DNA of 63,413 nt, filler included, from Bigelowiella natans CCMP2755 (Eukaryota; Protista; Cercozoa), in assembly GCA_000320545.1 (NCBI GenBank). It is 6 parts of 6 records of this genome, joined end to end, with 100 filler letters (N's around TTAATTAATTAA, not from the genome) between each part and the next. Parts side by side here need not be neighbours in the genome. Positions count along the whole stretch, not along the records: positions 1 to 29,458 come from ADNK01001517.1; positions 29,559 to 50,189 come from ADNK01001504.1; 4 more parts are not named here. The stretch is one strand, 5' to 3'. This document shows, one piece after another, positions 23,109-36,994 of this stretch. The first letter of the stretch is position 1. Each line of letters starts with the position of its first letter. The position numbers and the translations under genes are program-made. The notes under the pieces were generated by a model that made no database searches, was not told the origin of the DNA, and saw only the letters and a list, made by a program, of their open reading frames with translations.

Positions 23109-26100
23109 CTACAATTCAGAAATAATTCTTTTCACAGCCGGTGGTTGGATGTATACAGGCATTTTGTTTGCCCGTCTGCATTTTTGATCGGTTTCAAAGT
23201 GCTCTGAAAGGCGTTTGCTAGTAGATTGACTTCTTCTATGGGGCTTGAATTCTGAGTTCACACGGGCAATTTTCTTGATCTGTGGCAGAATAATGCATAC
23301 TTTAAAAGATGTGTCGATTATAGATAAATCGTTAATGCTCGGTTGTTTGGGATTAGTTTCTCACGTTTTGATTCAGATCCTCTACTGTTCGCCCACGTAT
23401 AGCATGGAAAAGCCTTTTCCCAAACAAAGTAAGAATTATGATGGCGGGAACGATTGCTTGAAGAAATGCAATGGTGGCCCTCTTCGCTTGATATTCATTG
23501 TTATTTTGGAAGAAAATCATGAGAGGAACTCCAATAAGCCCTGCTAGGATCACAGTATACCTAATGTGAATATGGAATGTCGTAGGGTTTTAAAATAGGC
23601 TATGTTGCATTGCTTCATTCCATATGTCATGTAGAAAATAAGAGATCATGAAATCATTTGCCAAGTCTTACAACAACTAATTTGAATTCTCCCAACAACC
23701 CAAAACAGTCACAATTAGGCTGCCAAATGGAGCAACAAAAAGCAAGTCCGCATCTTTTACTGATGCATCATAGACTATTACAGTGCCAATCCCAGCTCGC
23801 GTGCTTCGTTAAATTGCAAGGGGGTATCTCTCACATCGTAGGCAAACTTTGTGATCAAAATAGCTATGACCCCCAGAAACGATACAATGATGTAGCAGAA
23901 CAGCTCATCAAAGCTACAGTGGTGGTAAGTCGTAATCCGATTCCCATTCGAATCAGTAACTGTAGTCTTCTTCTCTGTTGGTGGCCTCAGTCCTTGGTGG
24001 ACACCCAAAATCAAAATCATCAGCAGCACCTAATATGCAGCGTGGAATGCTAGTAAGCACGATAGCTAGATGATTAGACGCGAAGCAACTTATGAAGAAG
24101 CAAGCTTAAAGAGAAAACATCTTAGATGGGGACTTGTGTATTCGCAGAGCATAGTACTGGTGCGAGCATGAAGCGAGTCAATATGTAGCAGTCCGTCAAT
24201 GGCCTTCCTTTAGCATTGGCACGCCTGCACTCTGGCACTCCAATTCCGAGCTCACCGAAGATCATGTGAATGCGGTAGGTCTTAGCTCCGAGTGCTGCCA
24301 GCGCAACCTGGAATGGGAGTCAGTCACGCGATCGATACAGGAGCGGGGAGCAGCAGACAAAACAACGGAGAAGGGAGGGAAAAACCGTCTGAGTCGTATG
24401 TTTGTTTGTGTGTGGATGACATCGCACGGCCACGAATCACATGTGTCCTCAGAGCTGTGTACGTTTCAACCAAAGGAGAATACCGACCGTTGTGCCCATG
24501 GGAGCAAGCCATAACCTAGCTGCACACTCTCCCTCAGATGGCTGACTGGAGAGCAGGAGGTAGCTACTAGCAATGCTCAAGCCTAGACCAAGCACTGTCA
24601 GCACTGAGAACGTCTTACTGACGGAAGATATTAACGGGTTTTGGCGGTATTTAATAATGAGCAACATAACCACAAACGTGGTGAGGAGGCTGAGCGTCGT
24701 GACGATGAAGATGGCAATCCACACGCCAAACGACATCTCGAAGGTGTCATATTCCGGCACTTCGTAGGTATTGAGCACCCATTTCTCCCAGGTGTTTCCA
24801 TTTTCTCTCTTCAAGAACAAACATGATGCATTGTACCTGTGTTGTAGCATGCAGGATAGATAGCGATAGGAATAACTAGAGAGGGGAGACGATCCCTCGC
24901 TCCCAATAAACACACACACACATACACATATAATCTTACGCACGTAGGCGTGCATACATACATCCACGCGCGCGCGCGCACATTGTTTGATGATTAGGTG
25001 CATGTATCTTCAGGGTGAAAGAATAGTACTACTCTGTCCAGTCGTTTCTTGTCACAAGCTCTGTTTCAGCATCGAATGAAAGGATGTCCTCCCACACCGC
25101 ATTTATCTCCTCCTCGCTCATCCTGAATCGCTGGATGAACGACACCAAGTCGTTATACTCGTCGGAGACGTCAGGGCCTACCACCCTGTAGCTTGCAGCC
25201 TTTCTCAGAATGCTGGGAGGAAAGTCGCAGTCTACGGAGCCCTCTCCAGAGAAATACCCCGTGTTATTCCTATAGCACCTCTGCGACCAGTGCGGGAAAG
25301 ACACCCGTATGAGCGAAATGGAACGAAACACTTTGTCTGGGAGGTAAGCTGCCAACCAGCAGCGAGAAGAAAGAAACGGGTATGATGTTTATGTTAGTAA
25401 GGGGGGGGATAGGCTCGTTATACTGCTTTGAATCTAACATTCTTTTTCCTTTTCTCTGTCTTCTTCCTCCCCCTATTTACTACCAATGCTTATAGCTAAA
25501 ATACGCATCTGTCATCAGCGTCTAGGTAGCATCAAGGCAGCTGAGCTTGCATGAATTATGGATATCAATATAATTCCTCATTTCCTCATATAGCGGCTTG
25601 ACCCAGCTGGTAGTAACTGCATCCTCCAGCAGTAATATACTGCACTACTACTACTACTACTACTAATAGTAATAATAATGTAGATAATCTACCGTGTTTT
25701 AAGAGAAATGGATCCCTCCTTCGCAATTTCCCTGCGACATATTCTGCCACGCCACTTTTCCCATCCAAATTAGCCCCCCAGTACGATACGGTCATATTCA
25801 GCCTAGGAGAGAGGAACGGGGGGGGGGGGGGTTCAGAAAACCAATGCTTCTTTTCAGACATAGGACGAGGTTAGGTGGGAAACATCGTTGAGAGCGAGAA
25901 AGAAAGACAGCTAAACTGACAGGCGTGCAGACCGAAATAAGAGTTTGATCAAGACGCATACACGGAATCTTATCTATTTCAATCGCCTCCTCCAGATTTG
26001 GGAGAGACCTTAGATTGATGATCATCTGATGCAGTGTTGTCCCTAGCCGTACTTCCTCGGATTTTACATCTATACAGTTGTTGCCGACTCCCTCCACGTT

Positions 26101-27450
26101 CCATTTCTTGCACCAAGGAGGCGTGAAAGTGTCGCGCAGCTCGAGGTTGTTATTTCGGATGATCTCACTATCGTTCGCATTCGTGAATAATTCGACGATT
26201 TCTGGAAGGGAGAATATAGAGTAGTATGTAAACGCTGTTGCTGCAAAGTGGGCTCCTGATCCTCCTCCTCCTCCAAGCTGGCGGAGGAAAACGTCCTTTG
26301 TGTACACGCCTGGCTGTGTCGTATATCCAAGTGCTCCGATATCAAGAATCTAGATAGGGGTTAGGGTGGAAATATGACATTCTTATGTATATTTTCTAGT
26401 TACTCTTTTTCTTCTTCTTCTTCTTCTCCCTCGTCTTGTTTTCCTCCTTCTTACGATGGAGATATCATCACCTATACTACACCCACCTGCACGGATTGAG
26501 AGCCAGCATCGGTGTCAGGTTCATTCTCGCTCTGGAGGTATCCGAGAACTATATCTGTTTTATCTGTTCATATGGTCATATTGTTAGCTGGCAGTAAAGA
26601 AAGGTTCGGCATTTTCCTTATCAGTTCATCACAATATATAATAATATCAACGAATTACAGCACACAGAATAAACCTTAATCAACAGCGCTACCTTCGATC
26701 ATGCGCTTAGCGCTGTTGAAGGTTGTGCTAGCACACGTCCATTCGATGTCGTAACCCATAGCCTCTTTTAAGAGGATTCCTGCTGCCAATGAGGAAATGC
26801 GCTGAGAAGTAGGGTTTATATGGAGTTCGATCCTGACTTTCACTCCTGTATCATAAGGGATTAATGCGGAACATTATAATGACCCCTAACAGTCAAGTTC
26901 ATCTTAACAACCTTCCCTTTTTGTAGGGAATATTTGACGAGCGGCAAGATCCTGTGATGTGAAGCATGTAGAATCCCTGAATTCTGTTATTGGAACATGC
27001 TGGAGGGGATCGCAATTGTCCACAATCACATCCTCTCCGAACAAAGGCCTCGCCACAATCGCCATGAGAATGAGAGCTTTCATCTTCTGGAATCAATGAG
27101 AGAAGTCGAAACACTCGAAGGGAGGGGCAGCAATGAGGACCGACTGCGTGGATAAATGGGGAATTGATCTTTTTCCCCCACTGTTTGCTACGTCGATAGA
27201 GGAGGAAGCGAAGAACGCTTTTGGAGTCGGTGCTTTAGCTGTGTACACGCGCGGCTGTGTCCCGCAGCAATAGGGTAAATCTATCAATTTTCCTTGTCGC
27301 ACACAATAATTGCATTGCAATCAACCACCAACAACAGATTATTCTGAGCGAGCTTCTCCACAGTATTTCGGCATCCAGATGCTTACGCTGATATCTGTGC
27401 TCCAGTAAAGCGATTTTTCTAGGAGAATTATGCCTTTCCATGTGTGCGAC
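23109..27450 (-). CDS. Class C (7tm_3, GABA-B/Grl-like) GPCR with a putative solute-binding ectodomain, multi-exon
   Basis: TM exons FGVWIAIFIVTTLSLL...KYRQNPLISSVSKTF...ECAARLWL (24449-24790) and DTPLQFNEARELGLAL (~23780-23830) match the class C 7TM pattern. Ectodomain exons lie at 25030-26850. Start and stop approximate. Confidence 0.75.
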
Positions 27451-28137
27451 ATGGTCCAATGGCGATCCTGGCAATCCTCTTCGACTTTTTTTTGACACGC
27501 AAGATGCAGTGAGCAAACGGGCCCTGTTCCGAGCCTGTTGGCTTCTGATTTAGCTGATAACACACAGAATTGGGCTTTCGCAAATAGATCAATTTTTAGG
27601 CGGGAAACATCGAACAACACACCGACCCGTTCTATGGATACTAGAATCGCCTGGATAGGATCGTCTCAGAGGGGGGGAGGAGGAGGATAAAGCAGGATCC
27701 ACTGGTCAGCGTGGTGAACTTTGCCACAGCGCCGCAAGGTTATTACTTGGGGAGAGGGGGGAGATATCACCCATCTGGAGCATGGTTTGGGATCTGCAGC
27801 TGATGATTTTGTTCGTTCCTTAACACGACTAGGAGAGTGATGGCGCGGAGCGGAGAGGGATTCGGATTTGCTGGGCGTGGTGCTTTACCGCCAGCATCAT
27901 CGCTCTCACCACCTTTCGCAATGATTCTGATACTTTGCACGTTGATTGTGCCACCAGGGTTTATGAAGCAGCCCCGAGGTGAGAGAAGCACATCAGTTCT
28001 TTGCATCAATTTTGGCGTCTGTCTCTCATACGACGAACGACACTTTAACCAATTGTCGAAATTAGGTCCGAGAAGAGCACTACGAGCGGGCAGCGAACGA
28101 GGTCGTTGTCTATCTTAGTTTTCACCAATCGACATGT

Positions 28138-29043
28138 ATGAGAGGCATCTCGCTATATCAACGTGATGTTATAAAATCAGACCGAAACAGAGTCTGGGAG
28201 CTTGCCGTGAGGCTGCCGTCATCTACTGCCCCAGCATCATCGTCTTCGTCGTCATCCAAGCGTCAAATGAAACAATTTCTTGACCCGTATGCCTTATTAT
28301 TGTTCTCAAGGCAAAATTCAGCAGCAACAAACAACCGTAACAATCCCTTATTCTCGAAACGGCAGCCAGGTGCTGCTTTGGCGACTGCCTTCCCCAAGCA
28401 GCCCAGCTCTTTGCCAAGGTTAACAAACACAGCATGATACGGAAATGCACGCAAAAAAGAAAGCCATAGCCAAAAAATCGTCGATGCGAAGCTGCATGTT
28501 TGTAGTAAACACACTTTCTCTATCTGGGAGGCGCGCTATCCATGCTAAAGTTGCGAATGTCGAGACACGGTGTGAAAACAGTGCGGTGAAAAGTTGTGGC
28601 TGGAAAGAATTCTCCGACCCATCACATCCCGAATATAGAATACTGAAGATCATGCTGTAAGTTCTCGTCCTAATGCTTAATCAGCCATATCAATCTTGAC
28701 CCCGTGTCTGGGTACTTCCGCGGCCTCACATCTACGGAGAGGGTGTTCGATGGCGGCGATGAGGAAGGACCGAGGAAGAAAACGGGTGGGATGGCTCATT
28801 CCAATGCCTTAATGATGATGCAAACATCGACGATTGTCATGTTTTTCGCAAAGATTGTTGCTTTATTATATTAATTATTGTTATTACATCATCATGATCT
28901 CTAGTGCCCAAAACAACGGCCAAGCTGCCCCCGCAGCATTCGTCGGCTGTTGTTATCAACAAAGCTTTGGCTCCTCGTGGCATCGCAGTGTACAACGCCA
29001 CGTCAGTCTTTGTCTCAGATTCCATCGGTTGCAAAGTAATGAG
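28138..29043 (+). CDS. Multi-exon hypothetical protein, possibly NHL/beta-propeller, interrupted by an assembly gap
   Basis: Exon ~28905-29043 reads INKALAPRGIAVYNATSVFVSDSIGCKVM, resembling an NHL repeat (PxGIAV...V.VSD). Confidence 0.35.
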
Positions 29044-29130
29044 GTAGGCTGCTTGTGGTAGGAAGCAGGGGGGGGAGGCAATTCATGTGTTGGGCGTAGA
29101 GTAGCACACATAATACGCACCATACACACA

Positions 29131-29177
<47 letters not shown>

Positions 29178-29188
29178 GAGATAGAGAT

Positions 29189-29222
<34 letters not shown>

Positions 29223-29458
29223 GGGGGGGGGGGGGGCCCACATCTCACCACCAAATTTTTTGATAGCCCACGTTTTTATGTTTGATCCCGAAGGCTTGGC
29301 TCAGCCCCCTAACCACAGCGTTTTCATTTTCGCTGGGGGTTGATTTACCGCCAGTCCCCCCAGTACGGTGGGGGTGAATATCAACCCGGGGAAAAAGTTT
29401 GTTTTTCCTTGTTCCCAAAAAAGAGTTACTTTCATGTCTCTTTGGGTGAAAACTTTTC

Positions 29459-29558
29459 NNNNNNNNNNNNNNNNNNNNNNNNNNNNNNNNNNNNNNNNNN
29501 NNTTAATTAATTAANNNNNNNNNNNNNNNNNNNNNNNNNNNNNNNNNNNNNNNNNNNN
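29459..29558. other. Assembly spacer (N44-TTAATTAATTAA-N44)
   Basis: Identical 100-bp cassette occurs five times in the window; the linker has stops in all six frames. Confidence 0.97.
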
Positions 29559-29603
<45 letters not shown>

Positions 29604-29729
29604 AACACACAATCACACAAACACGCAAACAAACGCATGTGCCCTTTTGTGTGGGTGTCCACGAATTCATATTATCATCGTCATCACCATCATCATCATC
29701 ATTATCATCATCATCATTATCATCATCAT

Positions 29730-30798
29730 CCTCACCGGTGAGAGCCTTGCGTTTCTCTATTGGGACATTTTTCCTCGCTTGGAAGCAATATCAACTGCCG
29801 TAGAAGAAAAAGAAGAAGAAGAAGAAGAAGAAGAAACAGAGGCGTCACCATCCGAATGAAAGAAATGACGATAACCAAAACCGACACACCCCAACAAAGA
29901 AAGAACACACTTCTCCATCATCACTCTTTCTTCTCTCTTCTTCTTCTCTCTTCTTCTTCTTCTTCTTCTTCTTCTTCTTCTTCTTCTCCCTGCTAATCGA
30001 CCTTGAGCAGCTGAATGATCCACAGCGGTTTGTCAGAAGTCATCAGCCCCTTCACTGCCTAATAAGATGGCAATAAAAACGACGGTTGGTTGTCGGGGTG
30101 GTGGGGGTGTTTGCGCCGGCTACTCCGACGTATGCACAACAGACGTGTGCTGTCCGTTACTGTGTGTGGATGAACAATAAAAGGATATCATCATTTCGAG
30201 AAACAGATGAGATCGAGCCGCTGGTACAGATTCTTCCCTCCAAACACTACCATTCTTGATATATATACGGCATCATCACCATCACCATCATCATCACTAC
30301 AACGATACAACACCCCCCCCTCCTCTACGATGCACCGTCCATTACCTTGGAGAGGCCTACTGGCTCCAGAAACTCCGTCTTAAGTAACGTAAGCGTCGCC
30401 TCGAAATTTTCCTTTTTTGGTTTTTTTGCAAAGGAGGGGGGGGGGGGTGGGGGGGTTGTAGGAAAAGAGGGGAAGATACGAGTATATGAAAAGCAATGGT
30501 CATGAGAACAGAGCCTGGGGAACACACGCAAATACATAGGACTCGGGGCAGTTTATCATGGGAAGATTGGGGCGATATTGACGACACCTTTGCATCTTCG
30601 CCGCTGTACGCTCTCTTGAAGAACTCCTCGTCCTGATTGTCGTATTATCGGTGTTAGTAGCTGGTAGTGATGGCAATCACAGTTGTGAATTTCGCTCCTG
30701 CTGCTGGTGCGAGACGACTACCAAATCGCACTAGTTGCAGCGATCGAACCTGGCGAACAACGGCACTCCTGACATTCGTCAAGCGTTCTCTATCAATC

Positions 30799-30834
<36 letters not shown>

Positions 30835-31142
30835 TTGTTCTTCGTCGTCGTCGTCACAGCAGCCTGATGGAGGTTGGTAAGGCAAGAAAGGTATCGAAGA
30901 TTTAAAGGACGAGTTGGAGCATGACCTACCTCCCTTCTCCCCCCCCCCCCCCCTTCTCCAAGACTTCATGCACCCGAGACGAACCGATGAAGAGGACTCC
31001 TCCACTCTTTCCCCGCGCTGCTTCTTCTCGGAGTTCTCTATCATCTCCTCTAGTGCGTGCTGCGGTCGGGGTTTTAGGGTGCAAAGGCAGTTAGTGAGGA
31101 GGAGGAAAGATGATCGACAAGCAGTGTATAGCACAGAAGGCA

Positions 31143-31177
<35 letters not shown>

Positions 31178-31773
31178 CAATAGTAGAAGTAGTGGTGGTG
31201 GTGGTGGTGGTGGTGGTAGAGGCTGTACCCTTAGTCGTGCAATATGGCCTGGCTCGATATGTGTCTTCGCACGGAGATTTTCCCAGGCCGCATCGGCCTG
31301 TTCCTCCGCCTCCAAAGCCGACGTCTCGTACAGCAGGTCTTCCACCGATCCGATTCCGGAGCGTTCCAACGGCTGCAACAAGGCGTTCAGCCCCAGCGAC
31401 TCGAGGAACTCGGGCAAGGGGTCTACGTGCAGCTCCAGCTGATGTATTGGGGTGATGCGTTGGCGGCAACGATGCAGGTCTCAGAACGAGGGCAAAAGAA
31501 GGAAGGAGGGGGACTTGAAAAGGTTAGGAGGGGGAGGTGTTGAGTGGAGAGAGAGAGGAATGTTCCATTGCGATGGCTCGGAGTCTCCATTGCGCACTCG
31601 CTTGAAAAAGAGCTGCTCCTTCCTTCACACAACGTTCGTCGTACCTCTTCAAAAGACTCCTGCAGCTCCTCAAAAGACTCCTCCTCCCCCTTCGTATCCA
31701 CCAAGACTGACTTCTTGCCATCGTCGGGGGCACATCCCCTGAACTTCGCGTCGAACGTTTCCTTCTCCACCAT
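29730..31773 (-). CDS. Multi-exon protein with a SAM-like domain
   Basis: MVEKETFDAKFRG... first exon; LPEFLESLGLNALLQPLERSGIGSVEDLL...HIEPGHIARLR (31230-31420) fits the SAM pattern. 3' end uncertain. Confidence 0.5.
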
Positions 31774-32019
31774 TCCCTGAACGGCGCACAATCAAATGGT
31801 AATGGCAATCATGAGCTCTTCATTTATTCGAATGGCAAGACCGAATTGGGTGGGTATTTGACCGTTGATGGATCGACTAAAGATTTAAAGAGCCTCGGCT
31901 TCGAATTTCTCGGCTATATCGTATGATCTAATTGAATTCTGCCGCTTCCCATGCACAACTTCCCATTCCTCGTAATTGATTCACTGTATTGCGGTTATAT
32001 TGCCATCGTTTCAGCTTAC

Positions 32020-32937
32020 ATGAATGGTGGGATGACCACCGATGAAAATGTCCTCCTCGCCTTCTCTCCGAAGAAAAACCTTTTGAGAGCGCGAAGCATT
32101 ATGATTTTGTGCAGGTGCAAATCGCAACTGTGTTCATCACGGTCACATATACGAACGTGCGAGGAGCGTTTTTTGTTGGGGGAGGGGGGGTGGGGGGGCA
32201 TTTAGAATTACCAGTGGATATGTTTTCTCCTTACTCAAATTCCACAATCGATTCCGCTCTTCTCTATCCGAAGCGCCGTCGACCTGTTACGCATTCGCGC
32301 GCCGAAATACTTGTTATGTGTACATGTTGTATGTGTACATATTTGACGGGGGAAAGCATGAGCTTGCATAGTGTGATGTGATTGCACACGGTAAACCACC
32401 TCTATGAGCTTTAGTTTCTTCATATGAACGAATAAGTCACGAAGATATGTCGTGTGCTTTCGCATGAGGACATTCCTAGTAACACCCGTGCGGCAAAAAA
32501 GGCAGCATATATGCAACGGCGAGTGATTGATAAGCAGAATAACCGGTCCACCAAATCAATGAATACTGAAAGCAATGTCTGCTCACCCGCTTCCGTATGA
32601 AGAATACAAAAGAACAACCACAGGTTTCTTGGCCTGAATATTGCATAAAAGACGTATTTTATCGTCAGAGCGATCTTCACGATCATTTCCGTGGAGTTAC
32701 GTGCCCTCTCCCCTCTCTTCACTCCGCGGTGCCTTTGGATTCGAAACGCCCGAGGAAATGGTCATGCAGGACTCTACCTTAGTTTCAGCGACGGACATTA
32801 TAGCTTTCTTTCTCCAGATTCAGCACCAAGATTCTGCCTTCAAAAGGGGGTGGGCGAGCCCAAGGAACAACGCGAGGCTGGAGCAGCAGTTCTGGTTCAA
32901 AATAGAACGTCAAAACTTCAGACATATGTGTCGATAA
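32020..32937 (+). CDS. Hypothetical multi-exon gene
   Basis: ATG near 32020 and open segments ending ...WFKIERQNFRHMCR*. No recognisable domain. Confidence 0.3.
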
Positions 32938-33004
32938 TTTATCAGAAGAAATAATCAAACGCATGCGGGAATTCAATATTTAACCCTGGAAATGCTCGTT
33001 TTTA

Positions 33005-33460
33005 GGTGTTTTCTTGTTGCAAAAGCTGCAAAAGTTCAGCGTCCGAATTTTTCATTTGTTGCCACACTCCGCACTGATCATCAAGACGCGATCCCCCTCT
33101 GTGCAATTGACTTTCACGTTCTTTCGCATTGTTCACCATGTGGTCATCGCACTGTCATGTCAAGCACTACGTGTGAGTCGAATGCTTCAAGAGCACGTGA
33201 AAACTGCACTGGCCGCAGCAAGACTAGAAGAGTGCGTTTGACGCACGCTGGCACGTCGTTCGTTTGCAAGACGGGTGCAATCAATCAAATCAAGTTTGTT
33301 CAATGGTCATCCTCATGTAGCTGTTCGTTTGTGTTTCCTGGGTTTGCCAGAGACCCCTGTTGCAGGCTCAAGCAGTGGAACATTGCCAACAAAACTGAGC
33401 TGAGACGACTACGTCGTTGCGTAGCTGCAGCCGCGCGTACGCGCATCACACACGCACATG
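33005..33460. other. Second, smaller TpA-depleted patch
   Basis: Only six TA in ~455 bp (CTAC, CTAG, GTAG, CTAC, GTAG, GTAC), the same survivor set as 13130-18485. Confidence 0.75.
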
Positions 33461-33699
33461 ATACACTAAATGCATTCTACTCAATGGAAGCTCCGAACAT
33501 GCCTCAATTGCAGCAAACGAAGTGGCTAGATGGCAGAAATTACATGCGCAACAAGTTAAACTTATTGAGTCAATCGATGCTATGCTGCTACTATGACGTG
33601 AACCAGCGCACATCATAGCAAAGCGATGCAGGCACATTCAACTCGATGTAGTAGCCTATTAGTTGCTAATAGCTGTTAGCTTGCAGAGAACGCAATCGA

Positions 33700-34706
33700 A
33701 TCATACAAATAATAGTTTATAGGGTTTGTTGTGGACTCATCTTGAGAGATATTCTATCCGCTTGAATGTCGTAGCTGTGCCTTTGGTGTTACATCCCTGG
33801 AAATTTCCCGGAGTCAGCACGAACTGCAAATTAAATTCACATTAGCTTCATCATTAAGTCGGAAAGATATATCACATATAAATAAACCAGTATATAATTC
33901 TTCGTATAAATATATAAATATATAAATGTACAACATATGTTATAACGATTATATGACAATTCATTAAAATTATCCCCTCCCCGTTCCTATGTGCTCACAA
34001 CCGCACCTTTTTGAATGAGTTGACGACAAATTCGCTGATGAGTCGTTTAAGCAACACGTTCCCTTTGTGCTCCACGACCAACTGAGAGTGAAGGCAGCAC
34101 GACAATACGTAACATGAGGATTGTAGGAAAACGATGGAACAACTATTTAAAGCACATTACGATGGCAAACGACAAATGACGTATGATTATAGTATTGGGC
34201 GTTGGTAGTAGAATCCACCAGTGTAGATGTGATATTACGATGGGTATATACAAGTCAACGTAATGTCTATGGGTAACTCATGAATACAATGATACAACAC
34301 AAACACACACACACGCACACGCACACGCACACGCACACGCACATGCACACGAAGACACTCTCACATGAAGGTCAAATCGTTTTCGCTCAACCTGCACATA
34401 AGGCCCGTCGCTATTCATAAACTTCAGGTCGATCTGGAAAGGCTGAAAAGGCGCAGTGTTATATACAGGGAGCCATCACGTACATGCCAGAAGACTCGAC
34501 ACCCCAAAAATCGCAACTATCCGCAGTTTATCTCGTATCCCAAAGTCGTAACGTCGATGACGTGCGAGAATGCCAGTAGCGCGCACAAACCTGGCCAGGT
34601 TGAAAGACGGGTCCCCTGTACGTCACCTCTCCCTGCCACCCTCCCTGATAAAATTATACAAAGATGTTGAAAAGGAAAAAAAAAACAGTGCGAATATTGA
34701 TGCGCC

Positions 34707-34779
<73 letters not shown>

Positions 34780-35088
34780 GGCAATGCGTAATAATGAGCG
34801 ACGGACAATCCCAACCTCGTGCGTGTTTGCCATAACGTAGTCGGAGTCCCTCACAGCGAGCAGCAGCGCCTATGAACAGAAATGCCGTTTATTCGAGCTC
34901 CTTGCAGCTCCTTACACATGCGAGAAAGAAACGATGATTTATTTCCATATTACCACGCCCGAAAACGATGTTGAAGTGACGTGTAAGCTATCATCTCCAA
35001 CGATCAGATCGAAGCAAGAGCCGTATGTCCTGAACAAGGTAAAACGATACAAACAAATAAATGAAAATAATCATAAATGTGTGTATAT

Positions 35089-35158
<70 letters not shown>

Positions 35159-35160
35159 TA

Positions 35161-35195
<35 letters not shown>

Positions 35196-36626
35196 AGAGA
35201 GTGAAAGAATTTTCTTTGTGTGTTTGTGTCTGTGCTTCCACACAAATAACGTGCATGCATAAACAGCATGATCTGATCATAGGATCATAGTCATTAAAAA
35301 ATAAAGAAGATTCAAACACAACAACTGTTCCCACTCTCCCCCACTACATACCCCTCCAGAGAGATGATCCCGCCTTCTGCAAGTTGGCCTAATAATCCAA
35401 TGAAGCAATCGACGAACGGTGATTTGAAGAATCGTGCAGTCAGTTTTCAAAAACTGAAATTATAAATAACCGCGTCTATCAATGACGTACCGGGTAGTAG
35501 CTGCTGGCACGGAACGCTCTCACACACAATCTTCCATCCATGCATAACACCTTTCAAAAAAACGCATAAGAGGAGCAGGAAAAGGAGGAGGACCAATGGT
35601 CATATTTACAAGAAACTCATCGTTATTTCAGACATCTATAGCGAAAACCGTTGTCCGTGCCCTTGGCTTTTTGTTTGGGTTGCTCTGGGACTTTCTTTCC
35701 AGATTCCTTCGCATTTGTTGGCTCTTCTTCATCTATCAGTTAACGATTTTTGGCGTGTTTCAGTCATTGGCAAGTGAAGTATTGGTGGCATGTATGATGA
35801 ATTCTGATTGCTCTACTACGCCACCAGATTTTAGATCATCTTCAACGATGTCTGGGGTCGAAGATTCCAGGGACTGTCTCGATTTGAGCGGAGTGAATCT
35901 CCACGTGCGCAGCTCATCCTGCCACAAAGATAATCAATGCTGAGAACACCAGACCCGAAATTCATGCATTATTCGTGCAAGTCCACTTACGTGTACCTGT
36001 GAAAGAGGTAACCAGTGATGGTGGTGATGCTGTAGCTTCGCTTTATCTCTCCGGGCTTTGTAGACACTTCTTCCAACCTTTATTGTATACATTGATGTGA
36101 GGTGCTAATAGAACTACGGTTGCTCCTGTGTGGCCCTTACCGCGATAAATATGACAAAAATTGCCAGGGAGAGGACAGAGACCCCTTCCTTTTTCTTCAC
36201 CTCGGAGGAAGCCCCTCCGCTATGCTTCCTCTCACCTAAATTGTATTCAATAACGTGTGCAAAGGATGAACGCATTTTGAAGTCGGCAGGGTAGGAGGTT
36301 TAAAGGGACATCTAGACAGAATCATCCATCTCTCCGTTAGCAAACTTTAGATTCTCAAGTTCAGGCGCTGTGGGGGAAGTCTGTGAAGGAGATGAGGCAG
36401 CTGCTACTACTACTATTGCAGCGCCTGCCATGCCAGGTCACCTGCTGTTGTACTCATCGGGAATGATTAGCTCGTATGACGTTCCCCCGGGGAATATCTC
36501 ACAAACCAAAGCAAATATATCACTGCGACAAGCGTAAATCACTAATTTTAACATAAAGTTGAACGGCATTTCGCACTGCTTCCTCGCGCATTTCTCCTCG
36601 TGGTTTTTTTTCCTTCTCTGAGACAT
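33700..36626 (-). CDS. Hypothetical multi-exon gene
   Basis: Minus-strand exon-like segments from MSQRRKKNHEEK (36626) to ~33700, between microsatellite introns. No family recognised. Confidence 0.35.
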
Positions 36627-36994
36627 TGTAATTGTTGCAAGAGTTGTTGCCTCGGGTTCCACGCAAAGATATTTTGGTGAAAATGCATCTCCTGTCACGA
36701 TTTTGCCGAAAGAATATCCTATCGTAGCTGTTCCGTCGGACTCTACTTTCTTCTCCCACAGGCTGCTCGAGCTGCGAATATACAGGAACGCAGGGAAAAC
36801 CCCGGCGGAAGAGCGGGAGAGGGAGGATAGCCAGTTAGTCAGTTAGAAGTAACGCTCATCGGATCAACCGAAAAAAACTTTGACGAGCACAGAAAGATCC
36901 ACGCTTTGCTGCCCCCCCCCCCCCTTTCTCCACAAACACACAAAGTTCTGAGCAACTTGATACCGTAGGTTGTGAGTATTAGCGATTCTTGAAC

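Noticed and set aside
29503-29514. TTAATTAATTAA as a biological motif (five copies)
   Set aside because: Always centred in an identical N44/N44 cassette; an artificial scaffold linker.
32992-33618. 208-aa ORF as a gene
   Set aside because: No domain, Cys/Arg/Ser-rich, and explained by loss of TAA/TAG in a TpA-depleted patch.
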